Origin: Saccostrea cucullata
Taxonomy: Eukaryota
NCBI RefSeq assembly: GCF_032062105.1
Contig: NW_026930709.1
Coordinates: 248,001 to 312,000, forward strand
Reading direction: 5' to 3'
DNA: 64,000 nucleotides
The position numbers and the translations under genes are program-made. The stretch's first letter is position 1, and each line of letters starts with the position of its first letter. Below, one piece after another: positions 40,805 through 52,477 of this stretch. Under the pieces are notes generated by a model, which searched no databases, was not told the DNA's origin, and was given only the letters and a program-made list of their open reading frames with translations.

Positions 40805-43800
40805 CTACGAAAGAAAAACAACCCCAAAGAACGTCTTGTCTGGGCTAATTGTTACAGCCGTTTCTCTGGTAATCACTTTAATCTGAACTGTGTCCCCCTT
40901 CTTTAAATAATGCAAGCCCATCATATTGCACGTCTTCTCCTTTGCATTGAAGAAATCCGATATTTCATTTGGTTCATATTTGTCAATACTGTCGGCACAG
41001 TGAAAGATTCTTTTGTCCGAAACAAAAATTCCGAAGAATTCTCTAGGATCCTTTGTAAATTTCTCTATCTACCAAAAGAAACAAATTTTCTTTAAATCAA
41101 TTCAACTTAATGCATGGTATCGATGCAGAAAAACTAATATAAGCTTAATTTTTTCCAGTCATTTATTCTCTAAAAAGGATTATGAAAACAGTTGTCTTTC
41201 AATCGCATTTCACTTTCACAGAAAATTAAATTACACTGGTTTTCAATCTTCTTCTGTTGTATTAAAATTTGATTATCCTAATGACCATTCCTCAAAAGGC
41301 CCGATAGGAAAGAACATGAGAATACTTGCAAATTTTGTAGAATATATTTCAATAAGATAAATTCTTGGTTTGAAAATTAACAATCTGAATTTGCATAAAC
41401 ATTATTAATATTATAGTAATGTTTCAAGTGAAACAATACACATAAAAATTCATTTTAAAATATGCACACATATATATTTTGGAAAAAAACCCGTTTATAT
41501 AAAATAACTTTTAAAGATATATTTTCTTCATATATCCTTATACAAAATTAGGTTTCCATTCCACTTTTTAAAAATGGAGGTTATGCCATAATTTGGGTCT
41601 TTCAACAATCAGTTGAAATGTCTATGGGTACCCGTTATTAGTAGAATATTTTTGTATTCAAGCAAAATTTATCCAAAAACTTCATGAAAAAAAGTTCCTT
41701 GCTTTGGTCTTCAATTCAACATTTGAATATACCGATGACGTTTTATTAAGTGTCAATAATCATTTTCATTCTTACTTTGATTTGATACATGTCTTTGATT
41801 GATTGATTGATTGTATGTTGTTTAACGTCCTTTTGACATTTCTTAAAAGGAAGTAAAAGATACCACAGAGTTAGACATATATTTTTTTTATTTGAATATT
41901 TCACACAAAAAGACATTGATAGTAACCCAACAACAAAACTTTCAGATAAACACGATTAGTTCAACTTTTCTTTTGTCAGCTTGTCTTAATATTTATGTAA
42001 CAATATATGCCATTATCAACTAAGGTGGACTCTATGCCTTTCAGTTGATGTGTATACTCCTCGTACGAACGAACTCTAAAACGACGCAAGCTACTAAGCA
42101 TTGACAAATACGTTGACAAAACAAGGATCTCAACAGTCTCGTTTAAAGTCATCAGACTCATCAACATTATATGGTGGATACAATGCCCTTGTTAACAAAG
42201 GCAATCTATTATTAACGCGAATGTTGAATCATTTTTAAATAAAAAGTCGTTAGGCCATTGTTTTCGCACTGATTTACATTTGCCCTGGCCAGTCACGACA
42301 AGGAGCACCTGCCAGGACTGACCAATCGAGAGGAAATGCTTACTCCTCCATGGTACCTGACCCTATCCCTGATGGTTTAGAGGTCTTGGTTTGTTATGTT
42401 CCAAACTTGTATTGTTCCAATGAACTTTTGAGCTTAATTAATTACTATTCAATATCTACAAGTTTCATCAGTCTAGATTGTTTTAAATGAAAGCTGTCCA
42501 TTAAGATAAATACGTGGTATTTAATGCACCAGGTTTAAACTGATACTTTGTTGGAACAAACCTGTATTCTTTGTAGCTAATGGGCTTTTACGAAGAGCGC
42601 TGACTTTTACAGTTGACGGCATACTTTTACACTAGGAAAATGCACAGAAGCTCTTTTACGATATAACATTAGCTCAACATTCAAATAAACGAGAATAACG
42701 GATTATTTCAATGCAAATATAAGTTGTCCATGATTTAGCTCAACATTCAAATAAACGAGAATAACGGATTATTTCAATGCACATATAAGTTGTCCATGAA
42801 AAAAACGACAACCAACCTACCCTCAACTCACGGCCTTCACATGCAAGTGCCCCTAACACTCTATGATCATTAACAAGGTTTTCTTATGTGTTATCAATTC
42901 TGTACCTCCGTACATGATACAAGTTTAAATGTCCAAGTATGCCGTCAACTGTAGAAGTCATTGCTTCTCGTAAAAGTCCACTAATACTTAATATTAAATC
43001 ATATATATGGATAAAAATACATGGAGTTCAGAAGATATTTGACAACATTATAATTTAACGAACATACTGCCAGAATGGGTGGACTTTTTCAAACAACAGG
43101 GAATAGTTTAATTTCGCTTTAATAAGGTACCATACACATACCAATAGTTTAGTTTATGTTACAAAAAATAACTTTAATAAGATACCATACACAGTTACCT
43201 GAGCATATAAAAGATATAGTCCTGATTGTAGCACTTCAAATGATTCGTGTCTATCCGTATTAAGTCTCATTATGGTGTTTTGGTACTCATTTTTCATCCA
43301 GACAGCTTCTTGAAAATATGGAATAGCTTTGTATTTCTCTGTAAATGTGAAATTTAAGATAATGAATTTTATAAGAATCAACTTATTATATTGCAGTTTG
43401 TTCAAAAACTTTGATAATTATATTTTTTAATTTGATTCTTGTTCAAGAATTTCCATATATCAAAATAATGATCAAAGAAACTTACACAGAATGAATATTA
43501 ACCATGGTACAACTCTGAGATGAAATTGATATGTTTTCTTTTTTCCTAATGTTGATACTAGGGAATTATCTTAAAATACGTCAGATACAAACATAATTAT
43601 TGCGTATTTATTCATAAAGCGTGAAAAACCAGAAGTCTCTGTCGAGACTGAAGCTCTACTGGTTTGTACTTATAGCAAAGGAAGAGAAAAGTTCTTAAGA
43701 AGTTGGGAATTGAAACTTTACCACAGCAATAAAAAGAATAATGATCCTTGATTAAGTCTCTTTATGTTCTTAGTATAGTCTACTTGCATGCCACATTATA

Positions 43801-46800
43801 TTAAAATCAGATCAAAATTGTAGGAGGAGTAGCATTTTGAGATTTTTTAACAGAAATTTCTATTTTTAGTTACCATGGCAACACCGTTAATCGAAATCAA
43901 AAACCAATATACAGAATTACGTATCTTAGTGTAGTCTACTTGTGTGCCAAGTTATATTGAAATCAGACCAAAACTGTAGGAGGAGTAGCATTTTGAAAGA
44001 ATTTCACAGAAATTTCTATTTTTAGTAACAAGGCAACACCGTTCATCGAAATCAAAAACTGATAAACAGAATTATGTATCTTAGTGTAGTCTACTTGTAT
44101 GCTAAGTTATATTGAAATCAGACCAAAACTGTAGGAGAAGTAGCATTTTGAAAGAATTTCATAGAAATTTCTATTTTTAGTAACAACGGCAACACCGTTA
44201 ATCGAAATCAAAAACCGATAAACAGAATTATGTATCTTATTGTAGTCTACTTGTGTGCCAAGTTATATTGAAATCAGACCAAAACTGTAGGAGGAGTAGC
44301 ATTTTGAAAGAATTTCACAGAAATTTCTATTTTTAGCAACACGGCAACACCGTTCATCGAAATCAAAAATTGATATACAGAATTAAGTATCTTAATGTAG
44401 TCTACTTGTGTGCTAAGTTATATTAAAATCAGACCAAAAATGTAGAAGGAGTAGTATTTTGAAAGAATTTCACAGAAATTTCTATTTTTAGTAACCACGG
44501 CAACACCGTTCATCGAAATCAAAAACTGATACACAGAATTATGTATCTTAGTGTAGTCTACTTATGTGCCAAGTTATATTGAAATCAGACCAAAACTGTA
44601 GGAGAAGTAGCATTTTGAAAGAATTTCACAGAAATTTCTATTTTTAGTAACAACGGCAACACCGTTAATCAAAATCAAAAACCGATACACAGAATTATGT
44701 ATCTTAGTGTAGTTTACTTGTGTGCCAAATTATATTCAAATCAGACCAAAACTGTAGGAGGAGTAGCATTTTGAAAGATTGTTTACAGACAGACAGACAG
44801 ACGGACAGACAGATGGACGGACGACGGACGCATTACTATCGCATAAGCTCTTCTGGTCTCTGACCAGTAGAGCTAAAAAATTACCTCGACTCCAAAATGT
44901 TCTGTTTGAAGGGCAATAGAAGTCTTCTTTACTTAGTACACAATCTACAATGTTACAAATTGACAAAAAGGTAAATGTAGCTCTAAACATTGCTTAAAAT
45001 AGTAGAGGTAAGATCAAATAAAAAGTTAAGGAATGAAACTTTAACCTTGCGGAGGAAGAGATGATTTCCACTTTAGAAGTTTTTAATTTCAGATGCAAAC
45101 TACTTGACTGGATAATTATATAGAAACCACGGTGATTAATTGTAGTTGAATTATATCCACCTCTCGCGGTTTTGCTTCAGTCATCGTGCTTTTACATGGC
45201 AGACAATCTAAACCAATCTCCGTATGTGGCATACTTACCTTTTACATTCGGTGGACTGGTAATAAAATGGGCTGCTTGAAATTTTCCCTAAAAACAGAAA
45301 AATCGAAATTCTTATAAAATATTTCTTTTAGAACATGTTTTAGTGAACAGGGCCACATGATGAGACACCTATTAGTAACATTAGTAATACTGCTTCATAC
45401 AGGTTGGGAAAAAATCAAACAGACCTCCAAACCATCAGAGATAGGATTATGTTCCATAAACGTTTAGTACGAACACGGATATAGCGAATTCACCGATATA
45501 ACGAAGTTTTTCTGGGTCCCCGTCAAAATTCTTAACAAATCTTTTTAAAATTTTACGGTTATAACGAACTCTGATATAACGAATTTACGGATATAGCGAA
45601 CTGATTTTAGTCCCGTTGAGGTTAAATATAATGAATTCTACATCTTTTATAACGAACTTTCAAAGATTTCAAAATTTGAATAATGGAACTGACTTTATTT
45701 TCTCTCAGCATTTGTATATAAAATTCAATTCATAATAAAACCTTAGTTATCGAAGGTATGTTTTGTAATATTTGCTTCCCCAACATATTTGATAGTAACA
45801 CTTGAAGGAAAACATTCATATTGCGAATTCGCTATATATGGTTATACGAATTCGTTATACGGATATAACGAATTACGGATATAGCTAATTAAATTCACAG
45901 GTCCCCAGGACTTCGCTATAATCGTGTTTTACTGTATTATTTAGAAAGAATTTATAAGAAATAACTGCCATTTCATTCAAGCTTATAAAATTCAAACATG
46001 CATTTTTTTCTCTTAGTTTCTGCATTTACGTTATAGTCGCTTACTCAAATAAAATCTGTATATATATACTGAGTTTGTATACTAAAATTGAAATTAACTT
46101 ACAGGGGGGCCTTGTATGCCAGGAATTCCTGAAAAAGAGTGAAACGTGAACAACTGAAAATGTGAAAAATGTTTACTATAGCTAGACTGCAGTGATTTAT
46201 AGATAATTATGTTCTTTTGAGTTAAAGTACAAGTTAATCACTTGCGTTTAAAGTTTCCGAGTAAAAAATGTTCTAATGGGAGTTTAACAACAAATTTAAT
46301 TTTTAATTTTAAAAATAGAAATGCAGTTTACTTTTTTGTAATATTATAGAAAAACATGCTTATAACGAAGCGCCGGTAATGGGCGATTTTACTACGTCAT
46401 ACATGTATATGTAATTCGTTGTCATCATATTCTTTATATGTTTAAAACCCACGAAGAATGAAAATTTCTTCGCTATAAGCGTGAAACCATTATAATCGTG
46501 TTCCACTATAAGCGTGATTTAATATACTTTCAACTTGCCTTTTTCTCCTCGGGGACCCGGAGCCCCTGGTGGACATTTACATCTTCTGCGTTTTCTGATT
46601 TTGCTTCTTCTACGTTTGTTCTTTCGGTTTTTCTCTTTAAAAAAAAATACAGGAATCTTATTCGCATATTTTACTTTTATGACAAGAACAAGAGTATTTT
46701 AAGTTCCATAACTCTTCCATATCTCTTTCCAACACTACGCCTTTACATTTTCCCTGTCTCTTGTAAGTTTCTTAAAAATTCCAAAGCTTACAATAACTAA

Positions 46801-47416
46801 ACTTTATTCGTATTAAATTTTCTTTTTTGCTTATCGCTTTATACTTATAAAAAGTAAAATTCTACTTAGAAACTAAGTTGTCAACCCTGATACAAAACCT
46901 ACTAGGTTTGGGTGGTTTAGTTGAAGTGTCGACGCTCCGTTCGATTCTTTTCACTTCTTCTGATACACTAACAGTGTGCATCACGGATACAACTGATTCT
47001 ATGGAGTCCTAAAATTTAAAAAATTCTATAATTTTATTTTGACAAATTGACGTTATTGATCAAACATAGATCTAAATCTGAATTGAGAAATCATAAGAAT
47101 TTCCAAAATGCAACGTACAATGAATGTCAGAAACAGCTTAGTAAAATTCTAGAAAAGCAATTAAATTTGAAATATATTTTTAAATTAATTTATTCCAAGT
47201 AGATAACAACTTACTTACTTTTTCATTGTCTTTATATTCAGGAAATGACATGGATGCTACAATTTTGGAGAGTTCCCTTACTTCACTCTTCAACGCTGAC
47301 ATTTGGTAGGCAGACCAAATGCAGTAAAGAAATGCAGCAACAAGCAACACGTTCTTCGCAACGGAAGATGCAGATAAAGAAAAATTTATATCTACTTTCC
47401 TTTTCGGTTCAGACAT
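40805..47416 (-). CDS. Ectodysplasin-like TNF-superfamily ligand TNF-D with short collagen domain (~312 aa, 8 coding exons)
   Basis: Exons (minus): 47219-47416, 46903-47008, 46539-46634 (GC donor), 46103-46128, 45239-45287, 44885-44944, 43199-43338, 40805-41068. Phases 0,1,1,0,1,1,0; 939 nt. TM NVLLVAAFLYCIWSAY; KKNRKNKRRRSKIRKRRR-CKC-PP-GAPGPRGEKGIPGIQGPP. THD motifs QAAHF, FEVLQSGLYLLYAQI, FHCAD...KTCNMMGLHYLKKGD, TFFGVVFL. Confidence 0.88.
41560..42460 (+). mobile_element. Degraded Penelope-like reverse transcriptase remnant in the last TNF-D intron
   Basis: Frameshifted RT motifs (QQSVEMSMGT, resembling GIPMGT; FEYTDDVL, resembling YIDD) followed by the Penelope-type 3' block. A SINE-tail fragment (gatt)n sits at ~41795-41830. 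Confidence 0.7.
42574..42987. mobile_element. MITE-like inverted-repeat element with internal 66-bp tandem duplication
   Basis: Inverted arms cttttacgaagagcgctgacttttacagttgacggcatactt / aagtatgccgtcaactgtagaagtcattgcttctcgtaaaag. Direct duplication 42669-42733 / 42735-42799. Confidence 0.7.
43627..44880 (-). mobile_element. HINE/Helentron-type element carrying a 156-bp satellite array (~6.4 units, 43765-44777)
   Basis: Minus 5' TTTTTAGCTCTACTGG with subterminal inverted partner ccagtagagct, (GTCC/GTCT)n microsatellite, units spaced 155-156 bp, 3' hairpin agtctcgacagagact. A decayed relative lies at ~55977-56320 in a Kelch intron. Confidence 0.85.
45465..45934. mobile_element. Pogo/Tigger-like MITE
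   Basis: Inverted ends acacggatatagcgaa / ttcgctataatcgtgttttactg|ta with internal tataacgaa repeats. Related piece at ~46345-46520. Confidence 0.65.
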
Positions 47417-48074
47417 TTTAAAACTGCAACAGTATTAAAAATTTGCAGTAAAAAGGTAACATTTCCAGGGTTATTTGATTCTGAGAGTTATTCCTTTGCA
47501 CATGTTTCTGACTGCGACAACTTCTATTTTTCCCGGGAAGAAGTCTAAAAGCGTTACTTCCTGTGCCGTAACAAGAAAGTTCAACAACCCAATTCGTGGA
47601 ATTCTAGCAGGTGCCCCTGTTGAGCATAATGCATATATATTTTACGCTACATTATTTTGCATATTTAAATGGGACAGGTATATTGAGTTCGTGTCAATTC
47701 TTCTTAAATTTAATGACAATTAACTGAATGGCCTTCAGTGCAATTTATCTGTGGCCGTGATAATAATATTTACATGTTTGATAAAAGAACAGGGATTATA
47801 GGAGCATGTGTTCAGTTTATTTTTTACATATCTCTACTACGTAAATACCGTATGACACGTGATACAATAGTGCATTTCAAACGAATTTTTGAAATTTGTC
47901 TTTTTTTCCCTACTAGGATCAAAACGTGATTCTGATTTTTACGACTTGTAAAGAATGATTTTTAATTGATAATTTCCATTTACATATCCGTATATATACT
48001 AGTATTTGAAACTGGGGACAGGGAATTTTTCACAATGTAGAGAAGAGAGTTAAAAATTTAAATGTTTAGGCTTT

Positions 48075-48212
48075 CATGGGACCTCATTTTATACCGTCTC
48101 GTCCGAAGAACCGGTCCCCACGTCTCAAAGTGGATTTGAACCCGCGACGTAAGAATAAATTCCTTATGTCGACTTTAGAGCAAACTCTCTAACACTACGC
48201 CATGCCATAGAC
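48075..48212 (-). mobile_element. Partial (5' half) copy of the same tRNA-derived SINE
   Basis: tggcgtagtg A box, gggttcaaatcc B box, ggttcttcggacgagacgg core; similar to 14043-14334. Confidence 0.7.
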
Positions 48213-48988
48213 TTAAAAAAAATGACCAGATTAAAATTTTCCTACCAGCAAATTTCTTCTAAATGGCATTATACGTTAGTAAAGTAAAAGGTGGAGATAA
48301 TGAACAGTGTTAGATCTCAAAAAAATCTATAAACAATACAACGTTAAGAGGGCATAACACACGAACCCGTAAATTCCAGAGGTGGGATCAGGTGCCTAGG
48401 AGGAGTTAACATCCCTGCTGACCGTCACACCTGCTGTGACCCCTATGTATTAATCAGGTAGACGGGAGATTTCGGAGTCAAATTCAGTATACAAACAAAG
48501 ACCTAACAATTAGTATAAAACAAGTCAACGAGAATAAGACTCCAAGTTATTAGGTCATATTTGATAACAAGGTCATTTACATATTGTTGACTTTAAATTC
48601 AAAGTGGGTATGTGAATTCCCTGTAACATCAACTTAAGAGGCATGTCTAGCTTTAAATACAATTTTCGTACCCAGAGCAAGCTCTTGAGTAGCGAATAAG
48701 TTAGAAGACAGAAACACCATAAGCAGGTGAGAGTGGGAAAATGCTACATTTATAAACAAACTTTACGATAGAAAAGCTGGTTATCTCGTTTGTCCTGTAA
48801 TTTAGTAGTTTTTTTTTAAATTAATTTTAGCCTTTTTAATTCCAAATTCTTTGAGATATACCAAGTCGACAAATACTCAGTAAATGAAAATATACTGTTA
48901 ATAGATAAATCATTAAAGAGATGTTAGATGTGATTCAATTTATTATTCAGACAAGTTTTTCAATGTCATTATATGTCTACATATTTTG

Positions 48989-51929
48989 TCACGTTTTGAG
49001 CAATATTGCCCCAAAGTTTGTATTTTCAGGCTTGAGTATGACTGCTGTATTTGCTGTAAGGAATCTGATGGAGAGCTGACTACCCTGTTGTAGAAAGAAA
49101 ACACCGGACACACTACAGGTTTTCCCTTTGGAGTACATAAAAGGATTAGAAGGATTTGATCTAACGTAGTCGAGGCTTTCCCGGCAGTCCAGCTTACGAT
49201 TGCTGTCAATGTAGATAGCTACGTCGTGTGATGATTTTGTGGCCTGGATCAAAACCTGGAGTATATTAATATACGACAAAAAAGTTTTATACTGTATCAA
49301 GTAAAGAATGAAGGTTTAAATTATGGATGATACAGTATCAGAACTATAGGATTAGAAGTTATGGAATGGAAAACAGATTGTAGGGGAAAGGTCAGAAAAT
49401 TTATGAAACACCTGCAAATACTTAACAAAATAACAGAAAAAGAAAGGAATCATCAGAAAATTGAACCTGAAAAGAAGTACATTAAAACAGTCAAACTACT
49501 ACTAGTTTGTGGACTGGAGTTTAGAAGGGCTAACCTTTATCTGTAGATATTGATAATGTAGTATGTACTGATATGATTCGTAATCCATATTCACTTTCTA
49601 TTTACTGATAAAGGTAAGTGTCAAAAGCATCAAGAGATAAAGATGGGCGTAGAAAACTATTTCAAGGCAATCCAGTAACACAGTGCCAATGATCTATTAT
49701 TTTAATTATCAACAATACCAAAAAAAAAAAATCTTATTTACAGTGTATGTTATTTGGCTTAGAAAATAAGTGGAATTGCAGAAGAAAATAAAGATATGCA
49801 ATGCATGGTTCGTTTTGCAAGACAATTGTTCATTGATAAGAATTAAATTAAAATAGAAAAACTCCCTTCTTATTACATGTTTTACAAGAAAATGATAAAT
49901 ATCTACCATTGTAACTGTTAATTAAATGAAAATATCCTGGTAACTTAAACACTGGGATATACAGACTTTCCAGCTGGTAAAGTGCTTTTAAAATCAACAT
50001 CAACAAAGAGAAAAAAAGTCATGGGAGCTGTCACAAATTATAACGATTGGAGGATACAGAAACTGGATGCACATTAATACAAGAAACATGTAAGCTTAGG
50101 TTGAATTACGTAAGTAAACTCCAAATGATTAGCAAAGGGATGAAAGAGAAACTGAAGTATAAATTAAAATGGAAAAGAATCTGAAAGTTTACATTGAAAT
50201 ATTAAACTTCTCCAAATTGGACTAAAAAAAATCTTGCATCTTGTGTCTACAGTGTAGAATACGAGATCGTTCAAAACAGCAAGTTTACAATGACATAAGA
50301 AGAAACTTGTAATCTACCAAAATGGTACCAGATAAACCGAAATCTTACATTGAGATACAAAAGATGAAGGCCAGATTTGGTCACTGTGAAGGAACTTGTG
50401 TCTGCTTGGCTTTGTGAAAGGGGTTCAACCTCCTCAATATGTTGTGACTTCATCCAAGATGAAGGTCTGAAAAATTTGACTCCGTGTAGAGGATCTACAA
50501 AGAGTTTGTGGATAGAGTATACTACAATATAGATTCTAGAATGTGGAAACAATTGGAGGCAAAGGAAATTATAATGTATTGCTACAGCAGAGACGTAATA
50601 AGCTTACCATTTATCATAAATGTTTGGTTTGCACAGAAAGTCCCCGACCAGACGTAGCAGCAGGAACCTGGAAAAAAAGAGCTTCCTATGATTAATACAT
50701 TAAAAAAATCAAAAAATAGGATGTAAATAACGGTATGGTTTATTAACTCTCGCTGCTCTTAAAGAAGTTATTTTGATAATTTAATTTGCTTTTGACTTGT
50801 TGTTACGTAATGTTTAATCTTCATTATGAGATGCTTTCATACTGAACCAACCTTTGCATTTTATTCCTTGTTTCTGATAAATGTCGTGATACTCGTGTGG
50901 CACATAATGAACTGCAGTTACTCCTGAATTGACCTAAGACAGAGACGAAACGAAAACATTAGTAATAAATTTTCATCATAATTTTGTTCGGATTGAATAT
51001 GATTATCAGTTCAAAATTATCAGAAGATGAGAACTTACATCACTGAGTAATTCCAGACCTGAAAGAATAAAAAAGAATTACAATTATGCGATATCATTTC
51101 GTTATTGAAAAAGCTCGTAAGTTGTTTTTTTAAATAAATACTTATTGAAAACCAACTTAATGCAAAATGGAAAAAATCGTACTTGGGCCTCCAGACAAAA
51201 ATCTTTTCATTCCTGTGTTTTCTGAAAAGCAAAAACAGACAAATTGCTCAACTCTTTGAAGTTTTTCTTGCTCAGTTACTTTTGTTGTAAATAATTACTT
51301 TCATTGTATTTCATATACTTATAATACTTGCATCTTTCTTATACCCATTTCAGTCGTGAAACTTTTTTAAAAAAGAAAATACTTGGAAGCCAATTCAATA
51401 TTTTAATTATTTACGTTCTCACGCAAACTATTTTATGCTATCCGACTAGAAGCGCAGTATATACTTAAGTCGTTATTGATAATTATATACTGAACTACTA
51501 CCTCTGGTCAGCATATTTGTTCTATAACTATCTCCAGCAACTTCGTCTTGCATTCTTTCAAGATCAATAACTGACTTTTGGTCTATACTCTACAACAGAA
51601 ATGTGTATTAAGAGACGGTGTGCTTTGATGCATATTACAAAAAAAGAAATTATTTGAAAAATTGTTTTTCAAAATATAGAACAGGAACAAACCGTGATAT
51701 TCCAGTTGAAAATTTTTGTTGAACTTAAGATTCTGCTCAGATTATTCACTTTTTCCACTACGTTTTGCACTTCGTTCATCATCTTTATATAAATGACAAG
51801 CAAACAACTGCAAACTCCAATGACCATCATAAAAAGTAATATAACAGCAATTTTAATTCCAGCTTTCTTTCGATACTTTTTAGACGTATATGCCATTTCA
51901 TTTAAGGAATAAACCTTGCAATTTGTCAT
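48989..51929 (-). CDS. TNF-superfamily ligand TNF-E (paralog of TNF-D without collagen, ~312 aa, 8 coding exons)
   Basis: Exons (minus): 51693-51929, 51502-51589, 51183-51221, 51039-51058, 50852-50933, 50608-50667, 50349-50494, 48989-49255. Phases 0,1,1,0,1,1,0; 939 nt. TM IAVILLFMMVIGVCSCLLVIYI. THD motifs TAVHY, FTVTKSGLHLLYLNV, LDCRE...KTCSVSGVFFLQQG, TNFGAILL. Confidence 0.87.
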
Positions 51930-52467
51930 ATTTACTCGTCACTATTGGAAAACGTTTTGGCTGTGTCAATATTATTACCCGATAGTGTAATCAAACAAAT
52001 ATAGGTACATATATGACATGTGTAAACTTAATATAGTAAAAAGTGCTCCGATTAACCTGAAATCAGCAGCCAACCACGGTATAAGGATGGGTGCGGAAGT
52101 TAGTTAATTTCTACAGGGGTTGTGCAATTCTTCAGTAGGTGGACTTGGTATAACCTGGTTAGGACAGTGGTGTTTCGGTATTGAATTCGATTACATCATG
52201 CGGTCCACTCCTCCTTATACTGAATCGCCCAAAAGTTCAAAAACTCAAATAAACGACCCGATTTACATTTACTAGTATTTCATAGAAAGTTTATAAATAC
52301 ATTTTTCAGGACTTTTCGATCTTAAAGTTCATCCTTCATTCATAAAGGTGGCAACTTTATTTTAGTATACGTTGGTCGTTCTTTTCGGACACTGACCGAC
52401 GTCGATAACACTATAAAAGTACTATGTAGTACTCTTATCAGACCGATTAAAACTTTCGAAAGGAGGA

Positions 52468-52477
52468 GGGATTTTCC
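52468..52477. promoter_or_regulatory. Consensus NF-kappaB site upstream of TNF-E
   Basis: GGGATTTTCC ~540 bp upstream of the TNF-E ATG; motif match only. Confidence 0.35.

Noticed and set aside
43765-44777. Regularly spaced repeats as a CRISPR-like array
   Set aside because: The units are contiguous 156-bp tandem copies with no unique spacers, inside a eukaryotic HINE-type element; there are no cas genes.
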